This document shows, piece after piece, positions 1-9,602 of a stretch of DNA of 35,130 nt; position 1 is the stretch's first letter; each line of letters begins with the position of its first letter. This DNA comes from Gammaproteobacteria bacterium (GTDB taxonomy: Bacteria > Pseudomonadota > Gammaproteobacteria > JABABF01), in the NCBI GenBank assembly GCA_014238345.1, contig JABABF010000088.1, forward strand, positions 1-35,130. The letters run 5' to 3'. Position numbers and translations under genes: made by a program. The notes beneath the pieces are model-generated. The model saw only the letters and a program-made list of their open reading frames with translations, had not been told where the DNA came from and did not search any database.

Positions 1-546
1 ATGACGCAACTCATTCCCGGTTAGACCCAAGCCAAGTCTCTTCTCCGCCGCCTGCAGATGTCGCCAACCATCAGCGCCCATCACATAGATACTCTCTAAT
101 CCAGCTGGCGGTTGCACCTGTAGCAGAGTGGCCAACTGATCAGATCCGTCCACTAATTCCTCCACCATACGATCGCAGAGCAGTTCACGCAGTTCATCCC
201 AATTTGGTGCCGGTGCGATATGCCAGGCGATGCCACGCTCAAGGCGCTCACAGCCCATCCCGGCGCGCCGCACAATCGCCTGCGCCTTGTCGCCCCAAGC
301 GGAGATCATGCCCCGGCGCGGCACGGCGAGACGCTGCTCGGTCGCTGGCCAATCGGGTAGCGCCGTCGCAGTGGCACCGAGCAACTCAGCCAAGCCAGCA
401 GACGGTGGCGCGCTGAGGCTGGCCACGCAAAAATACTGCGCCTCCAGCGTGTGCGGTGCCACTCCGAGTTCATTCAGTTGGGCGCGTAGAGCCGCCAATT
501 CGAAGTCAGCGCGGGCAGACTCCAGACAGAACAGCTGCAATGCCAC
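1..546 (-). CDS. purL: Phosphoribosylformylglycinamidine synthase (single-chain PurL), N-terminal 182 codons; gene continues beyond the left window edge
   Basis: Not in the ORF track because it runs off the edge. The reverse frame ending at base 1 is open for 182 codons from GTG 546. The translation (...LAVPRRGMISAWGDKAQAIVRRAGMGCERLERGIAWHI...LCDRMVEEL...AEKRLGLGLTGNEL) lines up by eye with the E. coli PurL N-terminal domain ([53 protein letters not shown]). Confidence 0.8.
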   Translation of the reverse strand, partial: MALQLFCLESARADFELAALRAQLNELGVAPHTLEAQYFCVASLSAPPSAGLAELLGATATALPDWPATEQRLAVPRRGMISAWGDKAQAIVRRAGMGCERLERGIAWHIAPAPNWDELRELLCDRMVEELVDGSDQLATLLQVQPPAGLESIYVMGADGWRHLQAAEKRLGLGLTGNELRH

Positions 547-550
547 CGTC

Positions 551-1114
551 CTAGGCTCCGCGCCGCGCCTTGAAAAAATCTTGCAACAGCGCACCACTGT
601 GCTCCGCTAGCACGCCGCCACTCCAGATGACGCGGTGGTTCAGATGAGCCTGATCGAGTAGTTGCAAATGACTGCTCACCGCTCCCGCCCTAGGCTCTAG
701 AGCAGCAAAAACCAAACGCTCCACGCGGGCGTGGACGAGCGCTCCGGCGCACATAGCACAGGGCTCGACGCTGACAAATAAGGTCGCGCCCAACAGCCGG
801 TAATTGCCCACCGCCAGCGCCGCCTCGCGCAGCGCCACAATCTCGGCATGGGCGCTGGGATCTACGGCGCTACGCGGGCGATTGAAGCCACTGCCCAACA
901 GCTGCCCGTCGCGCACCAACACTGCACCGACTGGCACCTCGCCTACCGCCGCACCGCGCCGCGCCAACTCCAGCGCACGCCACATCCAGCACCGATCCTC
1001 CCCTGCCTGAGTTACGGTCGGCTCCATGTCGCCGGGAGCCTCACTCATAGCGGCACCGCACCGTCCTGGAGAATCCGCGTCAAGCTCTGCTGAGGAGTTG
1101 CCCACTACTCCCAT
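551..1114 (-). CDS. tadA: tRNA-specific adenosine(34) deaminase
   Basis: The 187-aa ORF carries the CDA-fold zinc motifs HAEIVALREA and VEPCAMCAGAL, plus the EVPVGAVLV block seen in TadA. Homology begins near MSEAPGD (ATG at 1048). The ATG at 1114 overlaps the guaA stop by 10 nt, so the start is uncertain. Confidence 0.88.
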   Translation of the reverse strand: MGVVGNSSAELDADSPGRCGAAMSEAPGDMEPTVTQAGEDRCWMWRALELARRGAAVGEVPVGAVLVRDGQLLGSGFNRPRSAVDPSAHAEIVALREAALAVGNYRLLGATLFVSVEPCAMCAGALVHARVERLVFAALEPRAGAVSSHLQLLDQAHLNHRVIWSGGVLAEHSGALLQDFFKARRGA

Positions 1115-2724
1115 TCCACCGTGGCTGGCGGCTTGCTTGAAATGTCGTAGACCACGCGCGAGACCCCCGGCACTTCATTGACAATCCGCTCAGCCACAGT
1201 CGCCAATAGCGCGGGCGGCAACCGCGCCCAGCGCGCCGTCATAAAGTCCTCGGTCTCTACTGCTCGTAGGGCTATCACTGGCTCGTAGCGACGCGCATCG
1301 CCAGTCACCCCGACCGAGCGCACTGGCAGAAACACTGCAAAGGCCTGCGCCACGCGGTGGTACCAACGGCGGCGGCGCAGTTCTTCGAGGAAAATCGCAT
1401 CGGCGGCACGTAGTGTCACCAGTGCTGGAGCCGTCACCTCGCCCAGTACACGCACCGCCAACCCCGGACCGGGAAAGGGGTGGCGACGGAGCTGCTTTGC
1501 TGGCAGGTCGAGCTCGGCACCGACCTCGCGCACCTCATCCTTGAATAGCTTGCGCAACGGCTCGACTAATTGCAAACGCATGTGATCGGGAAGACCGCCG
1601 ACATTGTGGTGCGATTTGATCAACCGAGCCTGTGCTGAAGAAGCAGCGGACTCAATCACATCAGGGTAGATCGTGCCCTGCCCCAAAAACTCCACATCGC
1701 CGAGGCGCTTGGCCTCACGCTCAAAAATCTGAATGAACTGGTGACCGATGATGTGGCGCTTGCGCTCGGGCTCATCGACCCCGGCCAGCGCGGTCATAAA
1801 CTCGTCGGCGGCATCAACATAGATCAGCGAATTGCCGAGCAATTGCGCGACCATGCTACGCACCTGTTCGGCCTCCCCGGCACGCAACAGCCCATTGTTG
1901 ACAAAAATGCAGTGCAGCTGCTCGCCGATGGCACGCCTCAGCAGTACTGCCGCCACCGCCGAATCTACTCCCCCAGACAAAGCCAACAGCACCTGCCCAG
2001 CGCCGACTTGCCGCCGTACAGCGGCCACCTCGTGGGCGACAATATTGTGCGCCGTCCATGTTGCCGGACACGCGCACACATCACGGGCAAAGCGGGCGAT
2101 GATCGCTGCTCCCTCAGGTGTATGCGTTACTTCCGGATGGAACTGCAGACCATAACAACGCCGTGTCGTGTCGTGCATGGCCGCCACCGGCACTGAATCG
2201 GTGGCGGCCGAGATAGCAAAGCCCGGTGGCAGCTCAGTCACCAAGTCGCCATGACTCATCCACAGCGACAAGTCACCGCTCTGCGCAAGAGCACCGCCAA
2301 GCAGGTCGCCACCGTCGCCGAGCAGTCGCGCCTGTGCCCGACCGAACTCACTGGCGGTGCCAGCGCACTCCACACGACCTCCAAAATGCACTGCCATCGC
2401 CTGCATGCCGTAGCAGATGCCGAGTATCGGCACACCCGCATCAAAGACCGCCGCTGGAACGGGCGCAGCATTGCCCTCGGCCACCGTATCCGGCCCACCA
2501 GAGAGAATCACCCCGCGCGGGGCTAGGCGGCGCAAGGTGGCGGCATCAATGGACTGTGGTGCACGCAGTTCGCAGTAGACCCCTGCCTCGCGAACCCGAC
2601 GGGCGATCAGCTGTGAATACTGGGAGCCAAAATCCAGTACCAACAATGCCGCGGCGGAGCTCGCCTCGGCTTCAGCTGCCCGGATAGTTGACGGCCTCTC
2701 GGGTGACGCTGACATCGTGGACAT
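1105..2724 (-). CDS. guaA: GMP synthase (glutamine-hydrolysing)
   Basis: The 539-aa ORF has the amidotransferase block ILGICYGMQ, the ATP-pyrophosphatase P-loop SGGVDS, and a C-terminal KPPATVEWE. The N-terminus LLVLDFGSQYSQLIARRVRE resembles GuaA. The annotated start overlaps guaB by 53 nt, so the true start may be internal. Confidence 0.95.
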   Translation of the reverse strand: MSTMSASPERPSTIRAAEAEASSAAALLVLDFGSQYSQLIARRVREAGVYCELRAPQSIDAATLRRLAPRGVILSGGPDTVAEGNAAPVPAAVFDAGVPILGICYGMQAMAVHFGGRVECAGTASEFGRAQARLLGDGGDLLGGALAQSGDLSLWMSHGDLVTELPPGFAISAATDSVPVAAMHDTTRRCYGLQFHPEVTHTPEGAAIIARFARDVCACPATWTAHNIVAHEVAAVRRQVGAGQVLLALSGGVDSAVAAVLLRRAIGEQLHCIFVNNGLLRAGEAEQVRSMVAQLLGNSLIYVDAADEFMTALAGVDEPERKRHIIGHQFIQIFEREAKRLGDVEFLGQGTIYPDVIESAASSAQARLIKSHHNVGGLPDHMRLQLVEPLRKLFKDEVREVGAELDLPAKQLRRHPFPGPGLAVRVLGEVTAPALVTLRAADAIFLEELRRRRWYHRVAQAFAVFLPVRSVGVTGDARRYEPVIALRAVETEDFMTARWARLPPALLATVAERIVNEVPGVSRVVYDISSKPPATVEWE

Positions 2725-4171
2725 GCCCTTCTATCCAGGCGGCATTGCTGATACGGATGAACTGCGACTGCTCGCGTAGCGCGGTGATAGTGGCACTGCC
2801 GGTGTAGCCCATACAGGCACGCAAACCGCCGAGTATTTGCTGCAACACCCCGGCCACCGAGCCACGAAAAGGCACCCGCCCCTCAACACCCTCTGGCACC
2901 GATTTATCAGAATTGTTGCGCAACATCTCATGGCCATCCGAGAAATGAAAGTAGCGATCACCGCCGTGCTCGCTCATCGCCGCCGCCGAGCCCATGCCGC
3001 GATAAGCCTTGTAGCTACGCCCCTCATACAGCTCCACCTGCCCCGGGGATTCGGCAGTGCCAGCCAACATATTGCCAAGCATGACGGCATCGGCTCCGGC
3101 GGCGATGGCCTTGGCGATATCGCCTGAGTGGCGCACACCACCATCGGCGATAACCCCGATGTCTCGACCGGCCAAGGCTTGACGCACCATGGTCAGCGCT
3201 GTGATCTGTGGCACCCCGACACCAGTGACCACACGGGTGGTGCAAATCGAGCCGGTGCCAATGCCCACTTTGACAGTGTTGACACCGGCCTCGGCCAGCA
3301 CCAACGCAGCCTCAGCGGTGGCGATATTGCCGCCGATCAAACACAATTCTGGGTACTCAGCACGCAATTCGCGCACCCGTTCAACCACCCGCGACGCATG
3401 ACCATGAGCGGTATCAACCACCAATGCGTCGACCCCCTCCTGCACCAGCACCTGAGCTCGCTGCACACTGTCAGAGCCAACCCCGATAGCAGCGGCCACA
3501 CGCAAATGACCCTCGCTATCCTTGGATGCCGCTGGGTAACGTTGCGCGGTCTGTAGATCGCGGCTGGTGATCAACCCGCGCAGCTGCACCGGATCGTCGC
3601 GGTCAACGAGTAGCACTTTCTCCACTCGATGCTCGTGCATCAAGGTCTGCACTACAGCGAAATCTGTACCTTCAGGTGCCGTGACCAACTCGCGCGTCAT
3701 GATATCAGCCACGCGACCCGTGCGACGCAGCCGCTCGTCACAAAGACGCAGATCTCGACTGGTCACAATACCGACCAGGCACCCCTCCTCCAGCACGGGC
3801 ATACTGGAAATGCCCAGACGATGCTGTGATGCCAACAGCCGCTTAATCGGCTGGGTCGGCGGCACCGTCACCGGATCGCGGACAATCGCGCTCTCAAATT
3901 TCTTGACCCGCCGCACTTCTTGCGCTTGACGCTCCACGGTCAAATTGCGGTGGATAACACCGAGCCCCCCGTGCTGAGCCATTGCAATGGCTTGCTTGGA
4001 TTCAGTGACGGTGTCCATCGCCGCCGATAACAGCGGGATGCCGAGTTCAAAATCTGGTGCGATGTGGGTGCTGAGCTGTGCCTCGGCGGGCAAGATCTCC
4101 GAAGCGGAGGGCAGGATCAGGACATCATCGAAGGTCAGCGCGATGTCGCCTATGGCATCTTGGGACAGCAT
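2672..4171 (-). CDS. guaB: IMP dehydrogenase
   Basis: Features seen: N-terminal [11 protein letters not shown], a CBS-pair insert, the catalytic loop [14 protein letters not shown], and [15 protein letters not shown] 4171 (MLSQDAIGD...) matches the GuaB N-terminus better than the GTG at 4210 that opens the ORF-track entry. Confidence 0.95.
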   Translation of the reverse strand: MLSQDAIGDIALTFDDVLILPSASEILPAEAQLSTHIAPDFELGIPLLSAAMDTVTESKQAIAMAQHGGLGVIHRNLTVERQAQEVRRVKKFESAIVRDPVTVPPTQPIKRLLASQHRLGISSMPVLEEGCLVGIVTSRDLRLCDERLRRTGRVADIMTRELVTAPEGTDFAVVQTLMHEHRVEKVLLVDRDDPVQLRGLITSRDLQTAQRYPAASKDSEGHLRVAAAIGVGSDSVQRAQVLVQEGVDALVVDTAHGHASRVVERVRELRAEYPELCLIGGNIATAEAALVLAEAGVNTVKVGIGTGSICTTRVVTGVGVPQITALTMVRQALAGRDIGVIADGGVRHSGDIAKAIAAGADAVMLGNMLAGTAESPGQVELYEGRSYKAYRGMGSAAAMSEHGGDRYFHFSDGHEMLRNNSDKSVPEGVEGRVPFRGSVAGVLQQILGGLRACMGYTGSATITALREQSQFIRISNAAWIEGHVHDVSVTREAVNYPGS

Positions 4172-4219
4172 GGGAAGCCAGTAATGCGATCTTAATTTTC
4201 GCCGTGCCACAATAGCAAA

Positions 4220-5026
4220 TTATAAACCAGTGAGTAAATGGCGGCGCAATCCCCCTGGTGCTGTGCCGGGCAACCAACGCACTGGATTGATATCGATGCC
4301 GCCACGGCGCTGGAACAGTGCTGCCACCTCAAGTTGCTCCGGATAGCAGTGGCTGGCGATGTCACTGCAGATGCGCGCCACACAACCCTCGTGGAAGGCG
4401 CGGTGGCGGCGATATGAGAGCAAATAGGTAAGCAAACCTGCCCGATCCAGCGCCGAGCCAGCGTAACGCAGGCAGATCAACGCCCAGTCTGGCTGGCCAG
4501 TCACCGGACACAGAGAGCGAAACAGCCAGCTGTACAAGGCCTCGCGCCGCACTGGATATCGTGTTGCGGTGGCGAGCCATCGTGGTTGCGGTGTGCGCAC
4601 CGAGCTGAAGTCTCCCGCCTCGCGATCCAAGCAGCGCCCCGGCGGGAACAACGCAGCCCACGGTGCGCGCGTAGTGCCCAGTCCAGCCAGTGCCACCCGC
4701 ACCGGTGCGCCCACGGCGGCAGACAAATCATCGCGCAACCGTGTGGCCAGTGCAGCGCGGCTGGCCACACGGTGTTGGTTTAACGAGTTGAGGTAGAGCT
4801 TGACCGATTTAGATTCGAGCAAGCGGGCGGAATCTGCTGGAATGAGGAAGGCTCCGCACGAGCGCTGTGGGCGGCCATCGGGGGCGAGCCAAGAAATCTC
4901 CCAAGCGCGCCACAGATCGAAACCAGTGCCGCGCTCAGTGCGCGGTAGGGCGCATAGCTGGTCGGGATCGTAGCGCTGCGGCACTGGCACCACACGACCC
5001 AGAGGCAAGGCGCGCTGTGGGCACAT
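4220..5026 (-). CDS. queF: NADPH-dependent 7-cyano-7-deazaguanine (preQ0) reductase, two-domain type
   Basis: The 268-aa ORF has the ESKSVKLYLNS motif, the catalytic-Cys block CPVTGQPDW, and C-terminal FHEGCVARI...RRGGIDINP. It is collinear with E. coli QueF/YqcD. Confidence 0.85.
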   Translation of the reverse strand: MCPQRALPLGRVVPVPQRYDPDQLCALPRTERGTGFDLWRAWEISWLAPDGRPQRSCGAFLIPADSARLLESKSVKLYLNSLNQHRVASRAALATRLRDDLSAAVGAPVRVALAGLGTTRAPWAALFPPGRCLDREAGDFSSVRTPQPRWLATATRYPVRREALYSWLFRSLCPVTGQPDWALICLRYAGSALDRAGLLTYLLSYRRHRAFHEGCVARICSDIASHCYPEQLEVAALFQRRGGIDINPVRWLPGTAPGGLRRHLLTGL

Positions 5027-5053
5027 GGCGTAGCCACCACCCCGCGATCAGAT

Positions 5054-6277
5054 TCAGTGGCGCTGAGCGGCGATGAACTCCTCTAAGACCTCGTAGAGAT
5101 AGGCGCAGTCTTCTGCGTCCATCGTCGGGTGGCAGGGGAGCATCAGCCCATGCTCCATCACCTGATCAGCACCGGGCAAACCCTGTGGATCCGCGCGGAA
5201 ATTAACCCCACGCATCATCGGCTGACGGGCGATGTTGCCCGAGAAGATCACCCGTGTAAATATCCCCGCCTCCTCTAAATGTACTTGCAGATCGCGCCGA
5301 CTCCAGCCCAATTCGGCGCGCAGTTGCACTGGATAGCAGATCCATGTGGTCTCCACACCATCAAGCAAGCGCGTACACAGGAAGATATCTTCGTGGCGCT
5401 GACAGAAGGCTTGGTGAGATTCAAAATTTCGGTTACGCAGCTCGGCGAAGTGCTCTATCTGGTCGAGCTGTGCCAAGCCAAAGGCTGCCCCAGCCTCGTT
5501 CGGGATAAAACCATAGGCTAACTCTTCAAAAATGAACATGCCATCATAGGGTAGCTCGTCCAAGTCTTCAAGAAAGCGCCCATCGCTGTCCTGTTGACGC
5601 GATCCAAACAGGTATTTCTCCGAAGAACGCCCCCAAGCACGCAACATGAGGGAGCGATCCCACTGTGCTGCGTCGTCAACGCACACCATGCCGCCGTTGC
5701 CCAAGCAAGTCATGATATGGTAGATCGAAAAACTGGTAATACTGATGTCGGCTCGCTCGCCGCTCGGTCGCCCGCGGAAACTGCCACCGAGGGTATCGGC
5801 ACTGTCCTCGACCAGCGCCAATTTATGCTGATCAGCAATGGCGCGCAGCCGATCCCAGTCCGGCATACCACCGATGAGATCAGGCACCAACAGGGCTCGG
5901 GTATCGGGGCCGATCAACGCTTCTATGCGGTCCACATCAATCTGGTAGGTGTCGGGCTCGACATCGGCCAGCACTGGCACCCCGCCAGCATGCACAATGG
6001 CGGCGATATCAGAGCTGAAGGTCAGCGTTGGAGTAATAACCTCGGCACCCGGTGGCAGATCAAGCAGACGTAACGCCACCATCAAAGCCGAGCTGCCAGA
6101 ATTGACCATCGCGCCATAGCGCTTTCCCATGAGCTGGGCGACGCGCTGTTCAAAACGGGCAACGTGTTCGCCGACGATTAGGCCGTGCTCGCGACGCATT
6201 ACGGCGGTGACTGCGTCGATCTCGGCCTGCCCCATCATGGCTCCGCCATAGCGTATCTCGCGTTTTTGGCTGGGCAT
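5054..6277 (-). CDS. DegT/DnrJ/EryC1/StrS-family sugar PLP/PMP enzyme; His replaces the Schiff-base Lys, as in 3-dehydratases
   Basis: The 407-aa ORF has the family blocks GAMVNSGSSAL, VITPTLTF, LVEDSADTLGG and SFSIYHIMTCLGNGGMV. In the SFxxxK block the lysine position is His187 (CAT at 5717-5719). Confidence 0.75.
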   Translation of the reverse strand: MPSQKREIRYGGAMMGQAEIDAVTAVMRREHGLIVGEHVARFEQRVAQLMGKRYGAMVNSGSSALMVALRLLDLPPGAEVITPTLTFSSDIAAIVHAGGVPVLADVEPDTYQIDVDRIEALIGPDTRALLVPDLIGGMPDWDRLRAIADQHKLALVEDSADTLGGSFRGRPSGERADISITSFSIYHIMTCLGNGGMVCVDDAAQWDRSLMLRAWGRSSEKYLFGSRQQDSDGRFLEDLDELPYDGMFIFEELAYGFIPNEAGAAFGLAQLDQIEHFAELRNRNFESHQAFCQRHEDIFLCTRLLDGVETTWICYPVQLRAELGWSRRDLQVHLEEAGIFTRVIFSGNIARQPMMRGVNFRADPQGLPGADQVMEHGLMLPCHPTMDAEDCAYLYEVLEEFIAAQRH

Positions 6278-6355
6278 TTTAAACTCTCCCTATGTCAGGT
6301 CTGGATTGCACTGCGCTGGGGGGCAGTATATCTGCATATCTGCAAACAGTCAGGT

Positions 6356-9262
6356 TCAGGGAGGCGCTGTATCAGCGGGCGTCACATGCTGAAATAATGA
6401 GGTATAGCCCAGAGCAGTTTGCAAGGCAAAGTCTACTGGAAAAGTCCGGTCACTGCTACTCATTAACAAGCGTCTCCCCAGCAGCATCACCTCAGCTAAC
6501 TCAAATTGGAGGAAATGAGCCAACAAGGCGGTGCGCACATGGCGCCTATCATCTTCGGTGGCGAGCGTTTGATCGTCTGGCGGCAACAGGGAGGCGGCCA
6601 ACTCCGCCACCTGCGACCAATCGCGCCGACTCAACGCCAACAACAACTGATATTCCACCACCGCGCTATCGCTGAACTGGCGCCCTCGGCGCCAGCGCTG
6701 TAGCGCTTCGACCAAATGGACGGCCTGCCCATCGCTCAGCCATGGCAACAACGGCAACAAGTGTTCACGAGCCAGCCGCAACCAATCATCGCCACACAGC
6801 TGCACCGTTGCGGCGGCGGCACATGGGCGGCTGAGCGCCGCCACAGCGGGGATGGATAGATCGTCACCGCCATGCTCTAGAGCCTCGGCCAGCGCACGCG
6901 CACGTTCGGCAAAATATAGGTCCGGCGGGTCGCCGAGTACACTGAGCTCCTGCGCGGAAGAGCGCAATGCAAAGGGACTGAGCTCCGCACTGAGCGAGAT
7001 GCCATCACTGCCACGCAAAGCCAGTAATTTCTGTTGCTGACCGCCGGTGAAGTGCGCCCGAGCCAACTGCTGAGATACCAACAACATGCTATCTTGAGCC
7101 AAGTGTCCGGGTAGCGCCAGGTAATAACCATTGAGCCAAATACGCGAGCCGACAAAGCGCACACGCAGCTCGTCGGCATGCCCCAAGCCTTGACTAGCAA
7201 AAAAATCACGCGTCCACGGTTGCTCCCACAATGTCGGTGAAAGAGGTTCTAAGCTCTGCTGGTGCCGCGCTATGACCACCAAGCGACCACCACCTGCAAC
7301 TAGGGCTAAATCACTAAAAGAATGGCTCAACGCCTTGTAGACAGCGATGAACGCCTGCTCACCCAGTGGTGGCAAACCCTGCACAAAGATGCCGCCACTG
7401 TTGAGCCGACTATTCACTAACTGGTAAAACTCCCGACTGTACAGTCGCCCATCACCCAGAGGCGACGACACTATAAGGCCGTAGTGGCGCGAAGTGCTCA
7501 GCAAAAAGCGGCGCGGCGACACACTATGTCTATGCACCCGTGGATCGAGTAGCACACGAGATGACTGTGGGGCAAGTGCATGCAATCCCTCCAACACAAC
7601 GGCATCGGGCTCCAACAGATCAAGTCGCAACAGTGCACGCGATGCCAATAAGGCTCCGGTATTGGCATCGGCACCGATTGCCAAGGCGTGGCGCAACCCC
7701 GTTGCAGTACTCAGCCCCAGAGCCGCAACCAGCGGCAACTCTGCTGTCAATGCACGTTGCCGTCCATTGACAAACAGCGCACGTAGAGGTGGATTGTGAT
7801 ACTGGTAGAGCTGTGCTGTACTGAGATAGCCGTGGCGCTGCCACAACAACTGAGCTCCCTCACCGAGGGTTTGCGCCCGATGCGCCGTCAGCCCTAGCAG
7901 TGGCGATGGCGCCGCCAACGCCGCACCGCCGACCAGTAGTGCGATGACTGCGGTGACTGCGCGCCGTGCCACGGGGGCTCCAATCCGTGCCACCAACAAT
8001 CCTGCAATACCGCTCCAAGACAACAGAATGACAGCGGGGACTGCCCCGGCAGCGAAGCCGATAGAGGGAATGAGATGACTCCATGCGAGGGCGACACCAA
8101 AAGCGATGCCAAGCCACAGCAAGCTGAGGCCATGCCCCCACCCGCCATCATGCTTGGCGCGCTGTACCGCATCTCCCAGTAAGGCTGGCAATACAGCACC
8201 CAATACCACCGTCGGCAACGCCAGCAACGCCAGACAGCAGGCCGCTAACAGGCAATAGAGGATGTAGGCTAAGGTACTGGCCTGTGGCAAGCTCGTGGCG
8301 AGCGTCTCAGCAAATAGCACAGCGGGAGCAAACAACCACAGACTGAGTGCTATGGCACATCCAGCCAATAACAACCAACTCGGTGCGGGTAGTGCTACTT
8401 TTCGGTGCCAGGCAAAGGCTGCCCCAAGCGCCAATGCCAGCGAGCAACACCCAGTGAGCCACGCGCTGGCTCCATACCAAGCATCCCACAGCAGAGCCAG
8501 CTCACGCCAAGTACAGAAAATCGCCCCCGCTGCCACTCCAACAACTGGCAGTAGCGTGGCTGGTAATGGCTCCGCAGACGAAGGCATGGATGACCACGAC
8601 AGGCGCTCCCCAATCGGCCAGAAACGACGAAACAGACCATAGCAGAGTACCGCCAACCCCCCTAGGGTCACCCCCACCACTGGCAGTAGTAATGAGCGCT
8701 CAAAATCGCCATCCCATGGCAGCGCAGTGATCGGAATAGCACTCATCGCACCGACCCCGCCCAACGCTAACAACCGCGCTGACAAGGCAGCTGGAGCTAG
8801 ACCCGAGTGGCGGCGTAGCCCCGCTGCGAACATCGCTATAAACAGGCCGCAGAGCATGGCGGGGGTCAAGCTCAGCACCAGCCCTCGCAACCACAATGCT
8901 TGGGGGGGCTCAGCCAGTTGTACGGCACTACGCAGAATAAATTGTATGCTCCAGTCGGCAAAAAGTATAAAAACCGCCAACAACGCTAGCACGACCACCG
9001 CCACGAGCAATGCCATGCCAATGCGGCGCGCAGCGCCGAAGCCCAACCAAGCGCCCACCGCCATGGCAATAAGCGCTGCCACTGGTAGCACAAGGCTAGT
9101 AGCATCGCTGCCCAGCAGTGTGCCCATAACTTCAGTCCAGCGCCGAATCAACACCACAACACTGGCCACAACCACTGTATAGAGAGTTAAAAAGCCCCGT
9201 AATGGGAATAGCGAGCGCACAGCAGCTCGGCGGGGGGGGGGCGTATGACGACGAGGCATCAC
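6356..9262 (-). CDS. Polytopic membrane protein fused to a degenerate spermidine-synthase-like (class I methyltransferase fold) domain plus a C-terminal helical region
   Basis: In the 968-aa ORF, roughly the first 470 aa are Ala/Leu/Gly-rich hydrophobic segments (many predicted TM helices). These are followed by ALAIGADANTGALL, LDLLEPDAVVLEG and YGLIVSSPLGDGRLYSREFYQLVNSRLNSGGIFVQG. These resemble the GGGxG, VEID and DxxDP...LYTxEFY...GG..vxQ blocks of spermidine synthases, but with the acidic residues lost. The start is GTG 9262 / ATG 9259. Confidence 0.6.
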   Translation of the reverse strand: MMPRRHTPPPRRAAVRSLFPLRGFLTLYTVVVASVVVLIRRWTEVMGTLLGSDATSLVLPVAALIAMAVGAWLGFGAARRIGMALLVAVVVLALLAVFILFADWSIQFILRSAVQLAEPPQALWLRGLVLSLTPAMLCGLFIAMFAAGLRRHSGLAPAALSARLLALGGVGAMSAIPITALPWDGDFERSLLLPVVGVTLGGLAVLCYGLFRRFWPIGERLSWSSMPSSAEPLPATLLPVVGVAAGAIFCTWRELALLWDAWYGASAWLTGCCSLALALGAAFAWHRKVALPAPSWLLLAGCAIALSLWLFAPAVLFAETLATSLPQASTLAYILYCLLAACCLALLALPTVVLGAVLPALLGDAVQRAKHDGGWGHGLSLLWLGIAFGVALAWSHLIPSIGFAAGAVPAVILLSWSGIAGLLVARIGAPVARRAVTAVIALLVGGAALAAPSPLLGLTAHRAQTLGEGAQLLWQRHGYLSTAQLYQYHNPPLRALFVNGRQRALTAELPLVAALGLSTATGLRHALAIGADANTGALLASRALLRLDLLEPDAVVLEGLHALAPQSSRVLLDPRVHRHSVSPRRFLLSTSRHYGLIVSSPLGDGRLYSREFYQLVNSRLNSGGIFVQGLPPLGEQAFIAVYKALSHSFSDLALVAGGGRLVVIARHQQSLEPLSPTLWEQPWTRDFFASQGLGHADELRVRFVGSRIWLNGYYLALPGHLAQDSMLLVSQQLARAHFTGGQQQKLLALRGSDGISLSAELSPFALRSSAQELSVLGDPPDLYFAERARALAEALEHGGDDLSIPAVAALSRPCAAAATVQLCGDDWLRLAREHLLPLLPWLSDGQAVHLVEALQRWRRGRQFSDSAVVEYQLLLALSRRDWSQVAELAASLLPPDDQTLATEDDRRHVRTALLAHFLQFELAEVMLLGRRLLMSSSDRTFPVDFALQTALGYTSLFQHVTPADTAPP
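9232..9241. repeat. G10 homopolymer (C10 on the coding strand) inside codons 7-10 of the 968-aa membrane protein gene
   Basis: Direct read: cggc-gggggggggg-cgtatgac. On the minus strand this is CAT ACG CCC CCC CCC CGC (H T P P P R). Confidence 0.95.
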
Positions 9263-9602
9263 ATCAACCTAGGGTGTCACGACTGATAAAGTAGCCCCAA
9301 CACCTAAGGCAATCTCGAATTCGCATAATGCACTGTAGTTGATTACCCTGCTGATTGATGGGCGAGATCACACTGAAAGCATGGCATCTATTCACTACCC
9401 CTCCTAATATCACCCATCAGCTGAGGCAGGCAACACACCACAGCCAGCCACTCTGCCCCACCACAACTGAACAACTACGTCATTATATGTTCACTGCCTC
9501 ACACATCGCCAGATTCTGCCAATACTGCGATAATGCAATTCGCCTCCACTGCACCATCCCGTGACCTTCTATATAATGAATTTTTGATAAGTAGCTTTTT
9601 CA

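Noticed and set aside
204-610. Plus-strand ORFs 204..416 and 230..610 at the left edge.
   Set aside because: They are Arg/Ala/Pro-rich antisense shadows of the purL N-terminal coding region, which gives a clear PurL match on the minus strand.
4172-4210. N-terminal extension of guaB (GTG 4210, MARRKLRSHYWLP...) in the ORF track. Similar upstream extensions exist for tadA (1114), giant pilin 1 (24450), the first pilus gene (32414) and yceD (35083).
   Set aside because: Homology to well-known orthologs, or RBS and composition evidence, supports internal starts. The longest-ORF coordinates are probably over-extended.
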